The notes under the pieces are model-generated. The model was given only the letters and a program-made list of their open reading frames with translations. It ran no database searches and was not told the origin of the DNA. Shown in pieces: positions 9,361-22,851 of a stretch of 64,000 bases of DNA (positions are counted from its first letter, which is position 1; each line of letters starts with the position of its first letter). Origin of the DNA: Guillardia theta CCMP2712 (lineage: Eukaryota > Protista > Cryptophyta); NCBI RefSeq assembly GCF_000315625.1, contig NW_005434645.1, forward strand, positions 481,925 to 545,924, written 5' to 3'. The position numbers and the translations under genes were made by a program.

Positions 9361-12300
9361 TTATCGACGAGCTTCTGGTTGGAGTGGAGGGAAGGACCAA
9401 GAGTCTTCAGACTGCAAACTTGACTTGTAGTGGGGGTTCCGGCTTCCCTGTACCTCAAGTACTCTCACCCATGATGCGAGTCATCAAGCGCAGGAAGGGA
9501 ACGATTCTTCCTCCCTTCACCCTCCCTCCCTCACTGAGCAATGGTACACACTGATGGACCTTTGACGCCTCAGGGTGACAAGGGCTGTTCGAACCCCTCG
9601 CCAACAGGGTCGGACAAGATGCCGCCCTGCACTTGCTGCGGGAGACAAGTCAGAAGACGGAGGGAGGAGCATCGGGAGGTCCACCGAACGATCCAGTGCT
9701 CGGTTTGTGCGCTTCAAATTTGCCTTGAAGGAGAAGAGGACCAGGACGACGCTGTGACGACTCAGAGGGCAGTCGGAAGGGTTGGCATGTCACCTGACGA
9801 AGAACAGCACGTTCTGCAGCCAGAGGAAGTTGATGTATCCAGCCATGCCGGAGACGGCCATCACCTGACCGCCACCACTACAGGTCATCGCCCTCCAGCT
9901 CCCTCGCAGCCCTACCTGACTGAGCTGGACGAATCCGAAGGTGCTCACTCCAAACACTGTGAGGCAGACACCTTGTAGGAGGAAGCCGCAGGGGTTAGAA
10001 TGGCTGGGCCCCGATCGACCGGACACCGGGTACCTGCTGAGTAGATTTCTGGCTGGGGATAGGTGACTTCAGCTACCAACTCCTGCAAACAAGTTGAGTT
10101 CTAGTGGTTGCTTCCAACATAGCTGCAGATCGTCTCTGAGCCCAACTCCTCCCTCATTGCTGCCTTGATCCTTTTTCTCATCGTCTTTCTCCTGCATCTC
10201 ACCAGGAGGATTGGTGCAGCTGCAGAAGTGAAGAATCCGACCCAGAAGAAGCAAAACGCAATGGAGCTGTGGGGCAAGTCACGCCCTGTACCCTCCAACG
10301 AGAAGCATTCATCACCTGAACATCTTAGGAGCAAGAGAGAAGGTAAGACCGAGCTGAGCAATAAGACTTCCTGTCTGCGAGATCTGCATGATCCACACAG
10401 GCCACCTAACGAGGTTGTGGGTCAAGGTAGGAGCTCCGCGTCCCACCCCATCACCTCTCGTCCCGAGATCTCAACATGTCAGCGATAGGAGAGAAGATGA
10501 GTGGGGACATGGACCCCCATCCTGAAGGCGGGCGAGACAGCAATCAGCCAAGCGCGAGGTCGCAGGACACAGTCGGTACTTGCGATCGACATGACGATGT
10601 CTGCTTCATGCTGTCTCCCTGATCACAGTGCCACCTCCTCCGAACAAGCTGGGCCAGTACCTGCCCATAGCCGATGTCGCTGAGGATGCTAGTGACCAGG
10701 ATGAGACCCTGGAAGGAGCGTCACGGCCGGCCGGAGGCTGAGGAGAGAGGAACCCATCCGTATCCATCCAAGGTGAAGACGAAGAGAAGGATGAGGAAGT
10801 TGTAGTCCTGCAGGACATCCTCTCACGAGAGCCGCAGGGTCTTCCCACACCATAGGCCCACCTTGAGCATCGTGACGATGGAGGAAAGGGCGGGAGCGTT
10901 GGTGGAGGCTGATTCCTTTCTAGAGCGTCAGCGAATCTTTCCTCCGTAATNNNNNNNNNNNNNNNNNNNNNNNNNNNNNNNNNNNNNNNNNNNNNNNNNN
11001 NNNNNNNNNNNNNNNNNNNNNNNNNNNNNNNNNNNNNNNNNNNNNNNNNNNNNNNNNNNNNNNNNNNNNNNNNNNNNNNNNNNNNNNNNNNGGGAGGGGG
11101 AGAGAAAAGGTGCTGACTTTAGCAAGGAGCTCAACCCGAGTCACCGCAAACACATTGAATACAGCTCCAGCCACAGCGCCAGGTATCATCGAGCCAACTG
11201 ACAAGGTAAGGTAGGAAGAAAGCGGAGAGAGGGATTGAGTAGTAAGACGGCAAGGATGGAGTTGAGGGAGAAAGAGGGAGAATGGATGGATGGAGGGAGG
11301 GAGGGATGAAGGGAGAGAGGGAGCATGGATTGGTAAAGGGAGATAATGATCACGGGGACAAAAAAAAAGAAGGAAGACCAGGGCGCGAGAGAATTTTGAG
11401 TGAGAGGAAAGAAGGGAGGGTGGAATGTCAAATGTCCTTCAAGATGGTGTAAAAGAGAAAACTCACGCGCCGTCGGGAGGTTCCTCTCATGAAAACCGAA
11501 CCATTTAGCAGACAAACCTGCGGAAGTCTTGGTCAGCCTCCAGTGTCATCCTCCCCATACTCCTCCTCCTCCTTCCACCCCACCCATACTCCTCCTGATG
11601 ATNNNNNNNNNNNNNNNNNNNNNNNNNNNNNNNNNNNNNNNNNNNNNNNNNNNNNNNNNNNNNNNNNNNNNNNNNNNNNNNNNNNNNNNNNNNNNNNNNN
11701 NNACTACTCCTCCCTCCTCCTCCTGCTCCTCCTGCTCCTCCTGCTCCTCCTGCTCCTCCTGCTCCTCCTCCTCTCCCTCATGATCGTGATCCTCCTCCTC
11801 AACACGTAAGGCTCACCCGTGCATGCGTTTGCTAACATGGGCCCTCCCAACCCAGACATCACCGTGGCTGCGATCTGGCTCGAATCATCGGGGCTTTCCT
11901 AGTCAGACAAGAGACCTGCAGGTTCCAGCTCCTCTTGTACGCGGCAACCACCATCATCCATGCTCCCAGAGCCCCCAGAAAGAGGCCGATGCTGCAGGCT
12001 CGACCGAGTCAGGAGCAGCAGCGAGATGCCCATCTGCTCACCAGCACGTTCCCTTGATGCCGTACCGGGGGAACAGCAGGCTCGACATGGCGGTCCTGAG
12101 GCGGTCCGGCCCTCAGCGTCTTGATGGGGGGAGATGAGAGGGTCACCCGGGGAGTGTGAGGAAGACGAGCACCGACATGAGCGTGACGATGGGATACGCA
12201 TCGACCCCATACAGCTGCTGGGCCGGCAGCTGAGAGGAGGGGAGGGCGGAGGCGAGGACGGAGAGGGTGCACATGTTCAAGCTGTAGACGAAGAGCATGA

Positions 12301-12491
12301 GCCATCTCTCGGGGTAGAGCTTCGGCCCAGCAAGAGGCTTCACAGCACGAGATCCGGTACTGAACCCATAGTCCAGCGAGTCGACTGCGAGGAGCAGAAT
12401 TGAGGCGGGAAGCAGAGCGGGAGGGAAAGCTCATACCGTCCACGTACGGGGCGTCGGAGATCGACGACTCCTTAGAGACCTTTGGGTCCAT
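9361..12491 (-). CDS. MFS transporter, SLC49/FLVCR-like, multi-exon
   Basis: KLYPERWLMLFVYSL before TM1; many hydrophobic exons; last TM followed by FKANLKR; interrupted by two N gaps; 3' end approximate. Confidence 0.65.
10951..11091. other. Assembly gap (N run); others at 11603-11702, 43531-43756, 44766-44910
   Basis: Runs of n. Confidence 1.
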
Positions 12492-13548
12492 TCGTTTGTG
12501 CACAAAGACTCGAACGGCATAGGACCTGGCATGCTCTCTGTCAGTGGGGGGAGGAGGGAAGAGGAGGTAACTTACCCTACCAACAACATGCCGGATATGC
12601 CCATGTAGGTGAGCAGCTCCGTTGCTGAGGGATCTTCTCGCGTGTAGCCTGCTTTTGGTCATATATCCGAATGAAATGATCTTGAGAGAAGATGGTCAAG
12701 GGTAAGATAGTCCAAGATCCTAGTACATGAGAGTATCTACAATTCTTCAGGTTCCAGCCTAAGATGATCGTCTCTTCACGTTTCAGAGCTTGCATTCAAC
12801 TACATCTCAGTCTCTTATACATATCACTGTAGATTCGAACACGTGTAAGACATGATCTTCGCCATTCTTCCATCGCTCACACCGGCATAGCACTCGCTTA
12901 CCTTGTACTGTCTTCGTCACTGCCATCTGACCTTGCCGCCCTTCGGTTCCAAGGACACTTCCACTCTCATAGGAAATAATCACATATGAAGAATTGCTGC
13001 CCTTTTACCTCTTCTAATTCCGGATTACAAACTTTGTAACGTGGAAAGTTTGCGAAGTTTCTCCTCAAAGTTTCAAAGGTTGACCGTAGGAAGTTGGGGG
13101 GTCAAATGGAGGTTCCCCCTTTATATTTTAAGTTTGTACCGTAAGTTTTAAGGTTTTAAGAAGGTCGGTAGCCCGTACCAATCAGCTAAAAAGAAGCAAA
13201 CTGGTGGGTGGGGTACTCTCTCTTGATACAGAGAAGTGGGTGGGGTGTAAACTACAGCAGCATTTGTACCTGGAATGGAATACCAAGGACGATTGTATAA
13301 TATTTTCAACATACACAAGAGCTTGTAGAAACTATTTTTGGAAATGTAAAAATATGTAATATATTAAAAGTATTTTGTATTTTAGTTGGTTGGGAGAAGT
13401 GACGGGGACAGGGGCAGGATACGCTTGATAAGTTTGAGAGGAGAAACAAGGGAGCGGGAGAGGAAAAATGAGCAGAGGAACAAGAATGGACGAGTACAAG
13501 GTTGAGAACGTGTATGTTGAGGTCATGAGCCTGTCTAAGTGTTAGCAG

Positions 13549-13591
13549 AGGAGGAGGAGGAGGAGGAGGAGGAGGAGGAGGAGGAGGAGGA
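13549..13591. repeat. (GGA)n microsatellite
   Basis: About 14 GGA units. Confidence 0.95.
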
Positions 13592-13864
13592 TTTGCTGTT
13601 CGAGCACCGAGAGATGGATTTGAAGGAGCGGAAGCATGAGCCAGTAGCATGAGCAACGAGTTAGAACGCTCGTACCAGTTTGACGTGAGTATCCAACCAT
13701 CTGAAGGGGATCCGAATTAAGTAGAAGATACCAAGGTGTGGTGAGATGTACCAAAACGCTGCTCCAACAGATGACAACCCTGGTGTATGACAAACAGTGG
13801 AAAGCCTCCTGTTTTCACTCGACGAGATCATCTGCTGATTCTAATGTTTGCTCCATCGATCAGG

Positions 13865-16763
13865 ATGTCTGATGACGAGTGGGAAACGGATCCTGATTTC
13901 GTCAACAATCAATCTGAGGAGGAACAAAGATGGGGCAAGTCAAGAGATGGCGTGCAAAAGGTGGACATGAATTCCCTCAAGGAAGACGTGATGAATGCCG
14001 AGAAAGAAAAGGTGAGTGCAGAGCTAAGAATCCCTTGGTTCTGACAGTTTGTCCAGGCGAAGGCTAAGTTCGTGTGATCTCCAACGTACATCTTCGCACT
14101 TACTCCCACTCAGGAGCGGATTTCAACGTGGCTACGGAGGCGAATATGGACTGGAGTCCTCTGGCGATCAGACCACGGTTGTTCTTTGAGTTGCTCATCG
14201 GATTCACCGTTTTCTGATGGTTGACTAACAGGCAGCAAAGCCAGGAAAGAAAGTTTGGCAACCGTCAGTGTTTCACTGCTTCGTCCCCTCCCAATCTCAC
14301 ATGGTGGCCTTGCAGGAAGAACAGCTTCGACGACAAGATGGCCTCGCAGCTCGACAAGACGAACAAGTCGGTGGGAAAGGCTCAACCTTGATCCACCTTG
14401 TTCTCTCCATCTCATACCATGACAGCTCGGGGAACCCAACGACACTTCGTCGGCTCCAGCTCATCCTTTGGCATCGAGCACCCAGCATGTACAAACCACC
14501 TCCAGTCCGAACGAGCCCGCAAAGGCTGAATCTCCTCCCCCGCCCGCAAAAGCTGCTTCTCCCCCACCCCCCTCGAGCAGGCCGACTCCCCCACTCCCCA
14601 GCAAGGAGCAAACCAAGGCGGCGGCTCCCCCAGAGCCCAGCACCCCCCCTCCTGCAGTGGCCCCCAAGCCTCCTGCGAAGACTCCTCCCCCCAAACCTCC
14701 AGGTCCTCCTCCTTCTCAGGCTCCAGCGAGCCCAGGAAAGCCTATCTCCCAGGATGAGAAGACAGTCGAGGAGGGGAACCGGTTTTCTGCAGACCTGCGC
14801 GCGAAGGGTCTGGAGGTGAGAGAGGGCGCAGCCATTTCTTTGCACCTGCTAAATATGCTCAGGCGATCTCCACTGCAGACTCAAACTTGACCAGGAGAGA
14901 TGGCAAGCAACGAATGCTGACCATCCCTTCTTTCTGACTTGCTGGGCAGGTGAAGCTTTCGGGGCATATCACTCTTACGGTCAGGAGAAGGTCGAGGTAA
15001 GATAGCTCGCTTCCAATTCGAATGAATCTCATGCACGTTTCTCAAGGCATTCACGGAGTACATCAACTACACGCTGCAGTCAGATGCAGACCTTTCAGGT
15101 GTGCTCCCGATCGATCCGGTCTCAGGAGATCTCTTCAAGGTTAGGATGGGGAGGAGGGTCGGCGAGTGGCAGGGGCTGAACCTTGGTGGCAGGTGATTGC
15201 CGACGGCGTCCTGTTGTGCAAGCTCCTCAACAAGACTCAGCCTGGGATTGTTTTCGAGAAGGCCATCAACCTCAAGATCAAGTCAGTGCACCACAAGGTG
15301 GAGAATCAGAACTTGGCGATCAACTCAGCCAGAGCGATCGGTTGCAACGTCATCAACATCGGAGCACAAGACCTGATCGACGGCCGACCGCACCTTGTCC
15401 TTGGGCTCCTTTGGCAGATCATCAAGATTCTCCTCTTGAAACGAGTCTCCCTCAAGGAGCATCCTGAACTCGTCCTCCTCCTCAAGCCTGGCGAGGACCT
15501 GGCGACGCTGCTGAAGCTGCCCAAGGAAGAGCTGCTGGTGCGATGGGTCAACTTTCACCTGGTGAATGCGGGGTGCGAGAAGAGACTTTCCAACTTCAGC
15601 AGCGACGTGAAGGACTCTACCATCTACATCTACCTCATGTCTCGCATCTGCCCCGAGCACTGTGACCTCAGCCCACTCCAGGAAAAGGACGAGAGAAGAA
15701 GAGCGCAGAAAGTGTTGGATAACGCGGCCAAGATCGGGTGTAAGACAACCTTTGTGAAGGCAAACGACATCGTTGCTGGCAACAAGGACCTCAACTTTGC
15801 TTTCACCGCCCTCCTCTTCAACGAACATCCTGCGCTCTATGTGGACGACACGAGCAACCAAGTGGAGGTCGCAACGCTGTTGGAGGACGATAACGCAGAG
15901 TGCACGAGGGAGGAGCGCGTGTTTCAGAACTGGATGAACAGCCTGGGAATCGACGCGCAAGTGCACAGGCTGCTGGAGGACTGCAAGACGGCAGAGCCGC
16001 TGCTACAGGTGATGGAGAAGCTTAACCCGACGGTGGTCAACTGGAAGATGGTCAACAAGAACCCGCGCGTGCAGATCAAGACGATCGAGAATTGCAACTA
16101 CATGGTGGAATGCGCCAAGGCCCTCGGCCTTCACACGGTCAACATAGGGGGTAAGGATATTCACGATGGCAACGCGAAGCTCGTCCTCGGCCTCGTGTGG
16201 CAGCTGATGCGGCATGACACCATGTCGCTACTCGAGCGACTGGGAGGAAGCTCGAAGCTCTCCGACTCTGACCTGGTCCAATGGGCCAACGACAGAGTGC
16301 AAGCTCACTTCAACAGCTCCTCGCGCAAGGTATCAAGCTTGAGCGACCCCTCCATCGCTACCTCGCTCTTCCTCCTCCAACTCTGCGAGTCAGTAACTCC
16401 AGGTCGCTCTGCCCCCTCGTCTCTGTCCCCCTTCTCACAGGCGTGCAGGACTTGTCGACTGGGACATCGTCACCGAAGGATCGACAGACGAGGATCGCGA
16501 GCACAACGCTAAGGTCAGCTGGACTCTGCTGTGATGAGTTTGGTGTTAACGCTTGTCGGTGCAGTACGTTCTTAGTGTAGCGAGGAAGATGGGGTGCGGG
16601 ATCTTTCTCCTGTGAGTAGATGAGCCTTTGGGCATCATCAGAACTCAGTGACTGACGTCGAGGTGGTAGGTGGGAGGACGTCGTCGAGGTGAAGCCCAAG
16701 ATGCTCATGACTTTCCTCGGGTCTGTCATGGCAGTCCAGCGTCAGAAAGCTGCGCCATCATGA
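13865..16763 (+). CDS. Fimbrin/plastin-like actin bundler (4 CH domains) with cortactin-like N-terminus and Pro-rich linker
   Basis: [24 protein letters not shown] and GYGGEYG (cortactin/HS1 motifs); Pro-rich 14468-14750; fimbrin motifs HSY..EKVEAFTEYIN, DGVLLCKLLN, LGLLWQII, ELLVRWVNFHL, REERVFQNWMNSLG, LGLVWQLMR, EVKPKM. Confidence 0.9.
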
Positions 16764-18117
16764 GAGCACGGCCGGGCGTTGTACTAAGCTTAAGAGTGTT
16801 GAAGTTAAAACTTGAATCACGACAATGGCAGCCCCGGCAGCCCGACGCTGCCCGGGCCGGCGTCCATCATCGGAGTCCGGACCCGGCGGTGCCGGGGGCA
16901 ACTGATCAGTCAGACTCTCAGTTCCCCGGTCCCAGTGCCAGTGACTGAGTCACCGTGATTCCAGGTGTACATTCCTAGTGTCACATTCCCGGCGGCCCGG
17001 GCACGGGGAGGGATGAGGTCTGTGGAAGAGTCAAATGTGGGTGGGTGGGTGGGTAGGTGGGTCGACGGGTAGGTGGGTGGTGGAGCATCAACTTTTCCAA
17101 ATGGGTGGGTCTTCATTATGTTATCAGAGGGGGTCACAATATTGGATACGTTTGACTAAGGGGGTACGGTTGGGAGGGGTACCCCACCCCCTATGGGGGT
17201 AAATCCTTTCAGATATGGTACGTGGATGGGTCCAAGCATCCACCCACGTGGTACCCCTACCCCTCTGTACAAGCTACAACTATGTACCCTACCTTGGCCT
17301 TGAGAATAAGATATGTCAGTACCGGTAGTTGGATCATCTTTACCACCCCGGGTACCCTCATGCAATACCGGTGCTTTTTCGAATCGGAAGCATGCTGCGA
17401 AAATTGAGATGCGAAAGCTCAGCATTGCAGTTGACGATGAAGTGAAGGAGAGAAAGGATAGAGGTTTTCATGCGTGTGTTGAAAGAACATCAAGATGCAC
17501 GATGAAAGGTGCTCGTTCGAGTAGACAGATACGATGGAGATGTCGCGAAGAGACAAAAATTGGCAGAAAAGGACTGACCGCAGTATTTCTGGTCGAACGG
17601 CATCTGATAGCGAAGAGAAGGCATGATTCAGTCTCGTGTACTAGATAGTTGTGATTTTGGGCGGTTTTCTGATAAGATCCAAGCCGGGTATGACTCTTTC
17701 ATGGATAGACAGAGCTCTGTGCTCCTACATGATGAGAATCTTCGAAAGGTAGCCAATCGCAGAACCTATGAGACGATATCACAGAGCCACGTGAGAAGAG
17801 ATGCAAGGATAGTAGTCTCATAGGACTCGCAAGTATGTAGCAGATAGCAGTCGCCTTATTTAGTTGGCAGGGTAGCGTTCAAGGATAACAGACAGAAGTG
17901 TAAGCGCAACGGAGGAAAGGGGTTGGAGATGTAGATATTTTATACAGTCTCCTGGCTGTCTGCCTCCTCCATTTGCTCATGCTGACCCAATACCTCAGGT
18001 GTCTCCCATGGACCTAACTCTCCAGCGAGGATCCTGAGCAGCAAGCCGAGACCTTGCTGCTGCCCGTTGGAAGAGTGAAATTTGTGTTTGGTCCCTTGGT
18101 CAATCTATCACTTCAAG

Positions 18118-21100
18118 ATGAGAGATGATAGTCTGGAGGAAGGAGATTACGAGAACTCTGACTCTGCTGGGAACAACTTCAAGGTTGTCGTCCGTGTAAG
18201 GCCCCCGCTCCCCCGTGAGCTGAATGGAGACAAACGTTTCCAAAACATCTTCCGGATAGCCGAGGATAAACGTATCACCGTCTCAGAGAACCTCTCCGCC
18301 CTCGACGATCCTCGTGCAGAAGACTTGTCCTCTGGGAACTTCAGCACTTACACGTTCACGTTCGACCATGTTTACTCGGAAGACAGCAACCAGGCTGATG
18401 TGTACAACAACACTGCAAGGGACGCCGTCCTGTCGAGCTTGCAGGGTTACAACGCCTCGATCATCGCCTATGGACAGACAGGGACGGGAAAGACGTACAC
18501 GATGGAAGGAGAGCAGGCGCCGAAGCTGCGCGGCATCATTCCGCGAGCAACAGAAGAGATCTTCGACTTCATTGAGAACGCGGTGTCGGAGAGAAAGAAG
18601 TTTCTAGTTCGAGCGTCCTACCTGCAGATCTACAACGAGGTCATCTCCGACCTTCTGAAGCCTGAGAGAACCAGCTTGCAGATCCGAGAGGACAAGAGGA
18701 GAGGAGTGTTCGTGGAGGGGCTCTCAGAGTGGGTCGTGCGATCACCCAAGGAGGTTTCTGGGCTGATGCAGCGAGGGGCCATGACCCGCGCCACAGCGAA
18801 CACGAAGATGAACGAGATCTCCTCGCGGTCTCACGCCGTCTTCATCATCATCGCCGAACAGCTCGAGTACCTTGACGAGGACTCTAGCAACGGAGAGGAC
18901 CGCCGAGGGCAGACCTTCAAAGTCGGCAAGCTCAACCTCGTCGACCTTGCAGGGTCCGAGCGCGTCCGGCTGACGGGCGCAACAGGGCGGAGGTTGGAGG
19001 AGAGCAAGAAGATTAATCAGTCGCTGTCAGCCCTGGGGAATGTGATCGCAGCGCTGACGGACTCGAAGGGGAGGCAGCACATCCCCTACCGTGACTCGAA
19101 GCTGACCAGGATCCTGGAGGACAGCCTGGGGGGGAACTGCCGGACTACCATGATGGCGATGATATCCCCTGCTCTAGAGTCTTTCCCCGAGTCTCTCTCG
19201 ACGCTCAAGTTCGCTAACCGAGCGAAGAACATCAAGAACCAGGCGATGGTCAACGAGGACCTCGACCAGCGGGGCCTGCTGAGAAAGTACGAGCTCGAGA
19301 TCCGCAAGCTGAGAAACGCGCTCGAGAGCAAGTCGAAGGAGATTATCGACAAGAGAAAGATTCTGCAGCTGGAGGAGCTCAGGAGGAGGGCGGAGGCTGA
19401 CAAGGTCGCGGCTCTGAGCGCCCTGGAGGAGCGATCGCGCGAGTTCATGCGAGAGAAGCAGGAGAAGAGGAAGTTGGAGCTTCGCCTTCACAACATGAGC
19501 AGCCAGCTGCTCATAGGAGGAGGCGAGAAGAGCATGGAGAAAGATGTGGAGAGCACCGTGGCGTTTCGAACAGCGTTGCGCAACGAGCACGAGAGAATCC
19601 ACTCCGAGTACGTGAAGAAGTTGGAGGACCTGGAGAGGGAGCGGCAAGTGCTGGAGGAGGACAAGTCGCAGGTGGATCGGTACAAGCAGCTGCTGATCAA
19701 GCAGCGAGACATCATGATCGCCCTGACCTCGAGGCTCAACGAGCGCGACGACACGATCATGCGGCTGCAGGAGGAGCTGGACGCGTACGACAGGCACCAG
19801 CGAGACCTGGAAGACGAGCTGGACAGGAAGACAGCTGGGCTGATCCACCTGCAGAGGATCGCGATGGAGCAGGCAGGCAGCTCAGAGACGAAAGCGAAGA
19901 TCATGCAGGTGCTCTCAGAGTTCGAGTACGGAAGAGACTCGCCAGAGACTTCGGATGGGAACGTGTTCTCTGCCTCCGACGACCGAACCTCTCACGCCTG
20001 GACGGAGGAGGGGAGGAGCGAGCAGCGCAGTGCTCCTATGGACGAGATTCCTCCAGCGCTGCAGGCAAAGATCGACCGGATCATCCAGGAGGAGATCGAA
20101 GAGAGGATCGACAACCTGAGGAGGGAGCACGAGCAGATGAATGGGACGGGAGCAGACGCGAAACTGCAGGAGCAGGCGAAGAGTCTGCAGGAGGCCAACG
20201 ATAGACTGAGTCATCACTGCCGGTCACTGGAGGCGAGGATCCGGGAGATGGAGGCGCGAGACGTGAGCGGCACGAGCAAGAGCCTCGGGACAAGCACGAG
20301 GGAGGCTGAGCTGCTGAGGGAGCAGGAGGAGCTGCGATCGCAACACTTGAAGTTCAAGCAGGAGGTGACCGTAAGGATCAGTCAGAAGAACAAAGTGATC
20401 AAAGACCTGGAGGAGGAGTTGGCCGCCTTGAAGCAGCAGCCCAGCTCTGGTACTCCTTTGCTCCTACCTCCACTCCCCACTCCCCCCTTCTCCTTCCCCT
20501 TCCTCCTTGTTCTCTACTGTCCTACCACCATGGTCTTTTCCGTTCTTTTGTTTGATCACACCTCATATAGCAGACTCAAGCTTACCGTGGAAGAATGCCT
20601 ACAATGACGAGCAGCGATCAAGAATAGCGATGGAGAAGGTTCCTTCCGCACCAGTCGCCGTGGTTGTGACTTTACATCCTCAGGAACTAACAGAGGAGAA
20701 GAAAAGATCAGCAGAGCAGGTACACACTCGCTCGTTCTCTTTCCTCCTTCCTTGCATCCCTCCTCATCCTCCTCGCTCCTTCCCCTTCTTGCTTTCCCTC
20801 TCATCCTGCTTCATTCTTTGATTTTCGAGAGCAGCAACACAAGATTGGCGTTCTCAAGCACTACTGCTCCATGAACCAGAAGGAGAGGAACGCTCTTCGC
20901 ACCATCATGGAAGTGAAGATCAAGGGCCTGGTGCGCCTCCTCCTCTTCCTCTCCTCCTCCTCTTCCTCCTCCTCCAGGGATTGACTTTGTTCAGGTTGAT
21001 ATCATCAAGGGAGCAGCGCAGGAGGCGGCTCCTGATGCCTCCATGCTGCATGACCGACTGCATGCCCTGCAGAAGGTAAGCCAGCTCCCCCGCTCCTCCC

Positions 21101-21194
21101 TTGCTCCTCCTCACTCCTCGTGCAGATCGTTAACGCGAGCGTGAATGCGATGCGCACAGAAGACCAGAACGGCGACAGCAACAAGCAGGCTTAG
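18118..21194 (+). CDS. Kinesin (N-terminal motor, coiled-coil tail); subfamily not assigned
   Basis: VVVRVRP, P-loop GQTGTGKT, SSRSH, DLAGSE, HIPYRDSKLTRIL; terminal exons to TAG at 21194. Confidence 0.95.
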
Positions 21195-21257
21195 AGCAGC
21201 TGACCTCCAGCTGGGCTGATTAGAGCTAAGCTAGGCGATGAAGGGACTAGTCTTTAC

Positions 21258-22103
21258 TCACACCCGCCACACTGCCACCTCCTTCACGTCCCATCCTGAC
21301 TTGGTTCCTGCGAGCGAGAAGGGCAGGCTGGCTCCAGGAGGAATACGGTAGGAGCTGGGGGAGACGTCGCTCGAGGAGAGGGCGAGGACGTCGAGCTGCA
21401 GCGCAAGAGCTCGACCGAAGCAGGGGCCGAGGTCAGGGTCGTGGAAGACAGCATGCGAACTCGTGCTCCTCTGCGAGAGCTTCACCGGAGGCTTCTTGCT
21501 CTGACCGTCGCTGAGGACGAAGAGGAAGGCAAGTGGGTCCTCATGGAACTGCCCGCGGCTGCTGGATCGCCAGGAGAGGGAGGAGAAGCCTCCGAACATC
21601 CTGCCGTTGGCGAGGAGCACGACGGTCAGAGTCGGGCCCTTGAGGTCCACAGCCCTATGGAAGGAAGCGTTGAAGAAGCCGTCGCGGGAGCCGAGGTAGA
21701 GCAGATGCTTCTCGTCCAGCCTCTTGCTGCTGCCCGTCCCCTCGTACACCTGCTTGTTGATCCAAAAGCACTCTCTGAGCCCGAGTCGTAGCCCCCCGCA
21801 CTCAGCGTCCGGTCCCGTGTCCCCTCCTCCCTTCTTCTTCACCGTCCTCGACACGACGTAGGAGTCGAAGCTTGCCTTGAAGAAGTCGGTGTCCAGCTCT
21901 GTGGTGTAGAACCTCTTCATCCTCACCGGGGCCCTCCTCCGCTGGCGAGCGAGAATCTCATCCGCGCTCTTGGCATGCGACAGCCTGCCCCTCACCATGT
22001 TCGCATCCAGCTGGATGTTGGTACGAGGCAGCTCTCGCTTCTTGACTGTCAGTTCGTCGAGCGACTTGGAGGTATCGGTCATCATGATGTGATGAGACAT
22101 CAC
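21258..22103 (-). CDS. TLDc-domain protein (5' exons probably extend to ~22250)
   Basis: LLYLGSRDGF..FH..D.KGPTL..FGGFSS.SW..AFLF..GPCFG..EVAVW, the TLDc pattern. Confidence 0.85.
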   Translation of the reverse strand: MMSHHIMMTDTSKSLDELTVKKRELPRTNIQLDANMVRGRLSHAKSADEILARQRRRAPVRMKRFYTTELDTDFFKASFDSYVVSRTVKKKGGGDTGPDAECGGLRLGLRECFWINKQVYEGTGSSKRLDEKHLLYLGSRDGFFNASFHRAVDLKGPTLTVVLLANGRMFGGFSSLSWRSSSRGQFHEDPLAFLFVLSDGQSKKPPVKLSQRSTSSHAVFHDPDLGPCFGRALALQLDVLALSSSDVSPSSYRIPPGASLPFSLAGTKSGWDVKEVAVWRV

Positions 22104-22851
22104 CCCGGGGTTCAGTCGGAAGTCGTAGATGTTGATGCTGTCCGATCACTCTGTTGTCATGCTCGGATGGATGCTCACTTCCACTTCCTCCTCCTCGCGT
22201 CACTCGATGACGCTACGATATCTAAACCTTCAACGGGGCTTCGTCAAGCGGCATCGACAGTTCTCTCATCTCTCCTTTGCTTCTGCTCCCATCTTGTAAC
22301 CTCCCATGGCCCTATACCAAAGAGTGGCCGAATTTCGCTGTCTCTGAACGCAACAAGACAAACCTAATAAATGAGATCATCGCAATTTCTGCCCTGCATG
22401 ATAATCCTTGCATACCGATGAGGCGAGCCTGACAAGACGCTTCGGACCGTTGGAACAGATCCGACTGTCAAGTTTTTAGGTTCGGTCGCTATTGGCGGCC
22501 GCGGTCAACACGTGACGGCCCCAGTGACCGGGTGGCCCCCAGGCCTGGCGCCGGCCGGGCCTGGCGGCCAGTTCGGATTTTCGGCGAGGCCGTAGGCTCA
22601 GTGCAGTGCCATATTACTACGGCCGGGCAGTGATTTAGTATGGCTCCGGCGACGGCTGCCATCCACTGGCCCATACCGTCTACTAGTGAGGATGATACGG
22701 ATCGAAAGGTCCAGCATGTATTAAACAACATCATCGGGTGAAGGCTCAGTCACTGGTAGTGAAGTGCCTTCAACTGAGGCCGACCTGACGTTTGCTGGTA
22801 TGAAATAACAACTGAATAACTTGATTCCGATCCTATTCCCCGACTCGCGAA

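Noticed and set aside
17035-17095. Interstitial telomere repeat
   Set aside because: (GGGT)n does not match TTAGGG/TTTAGGG arrays.
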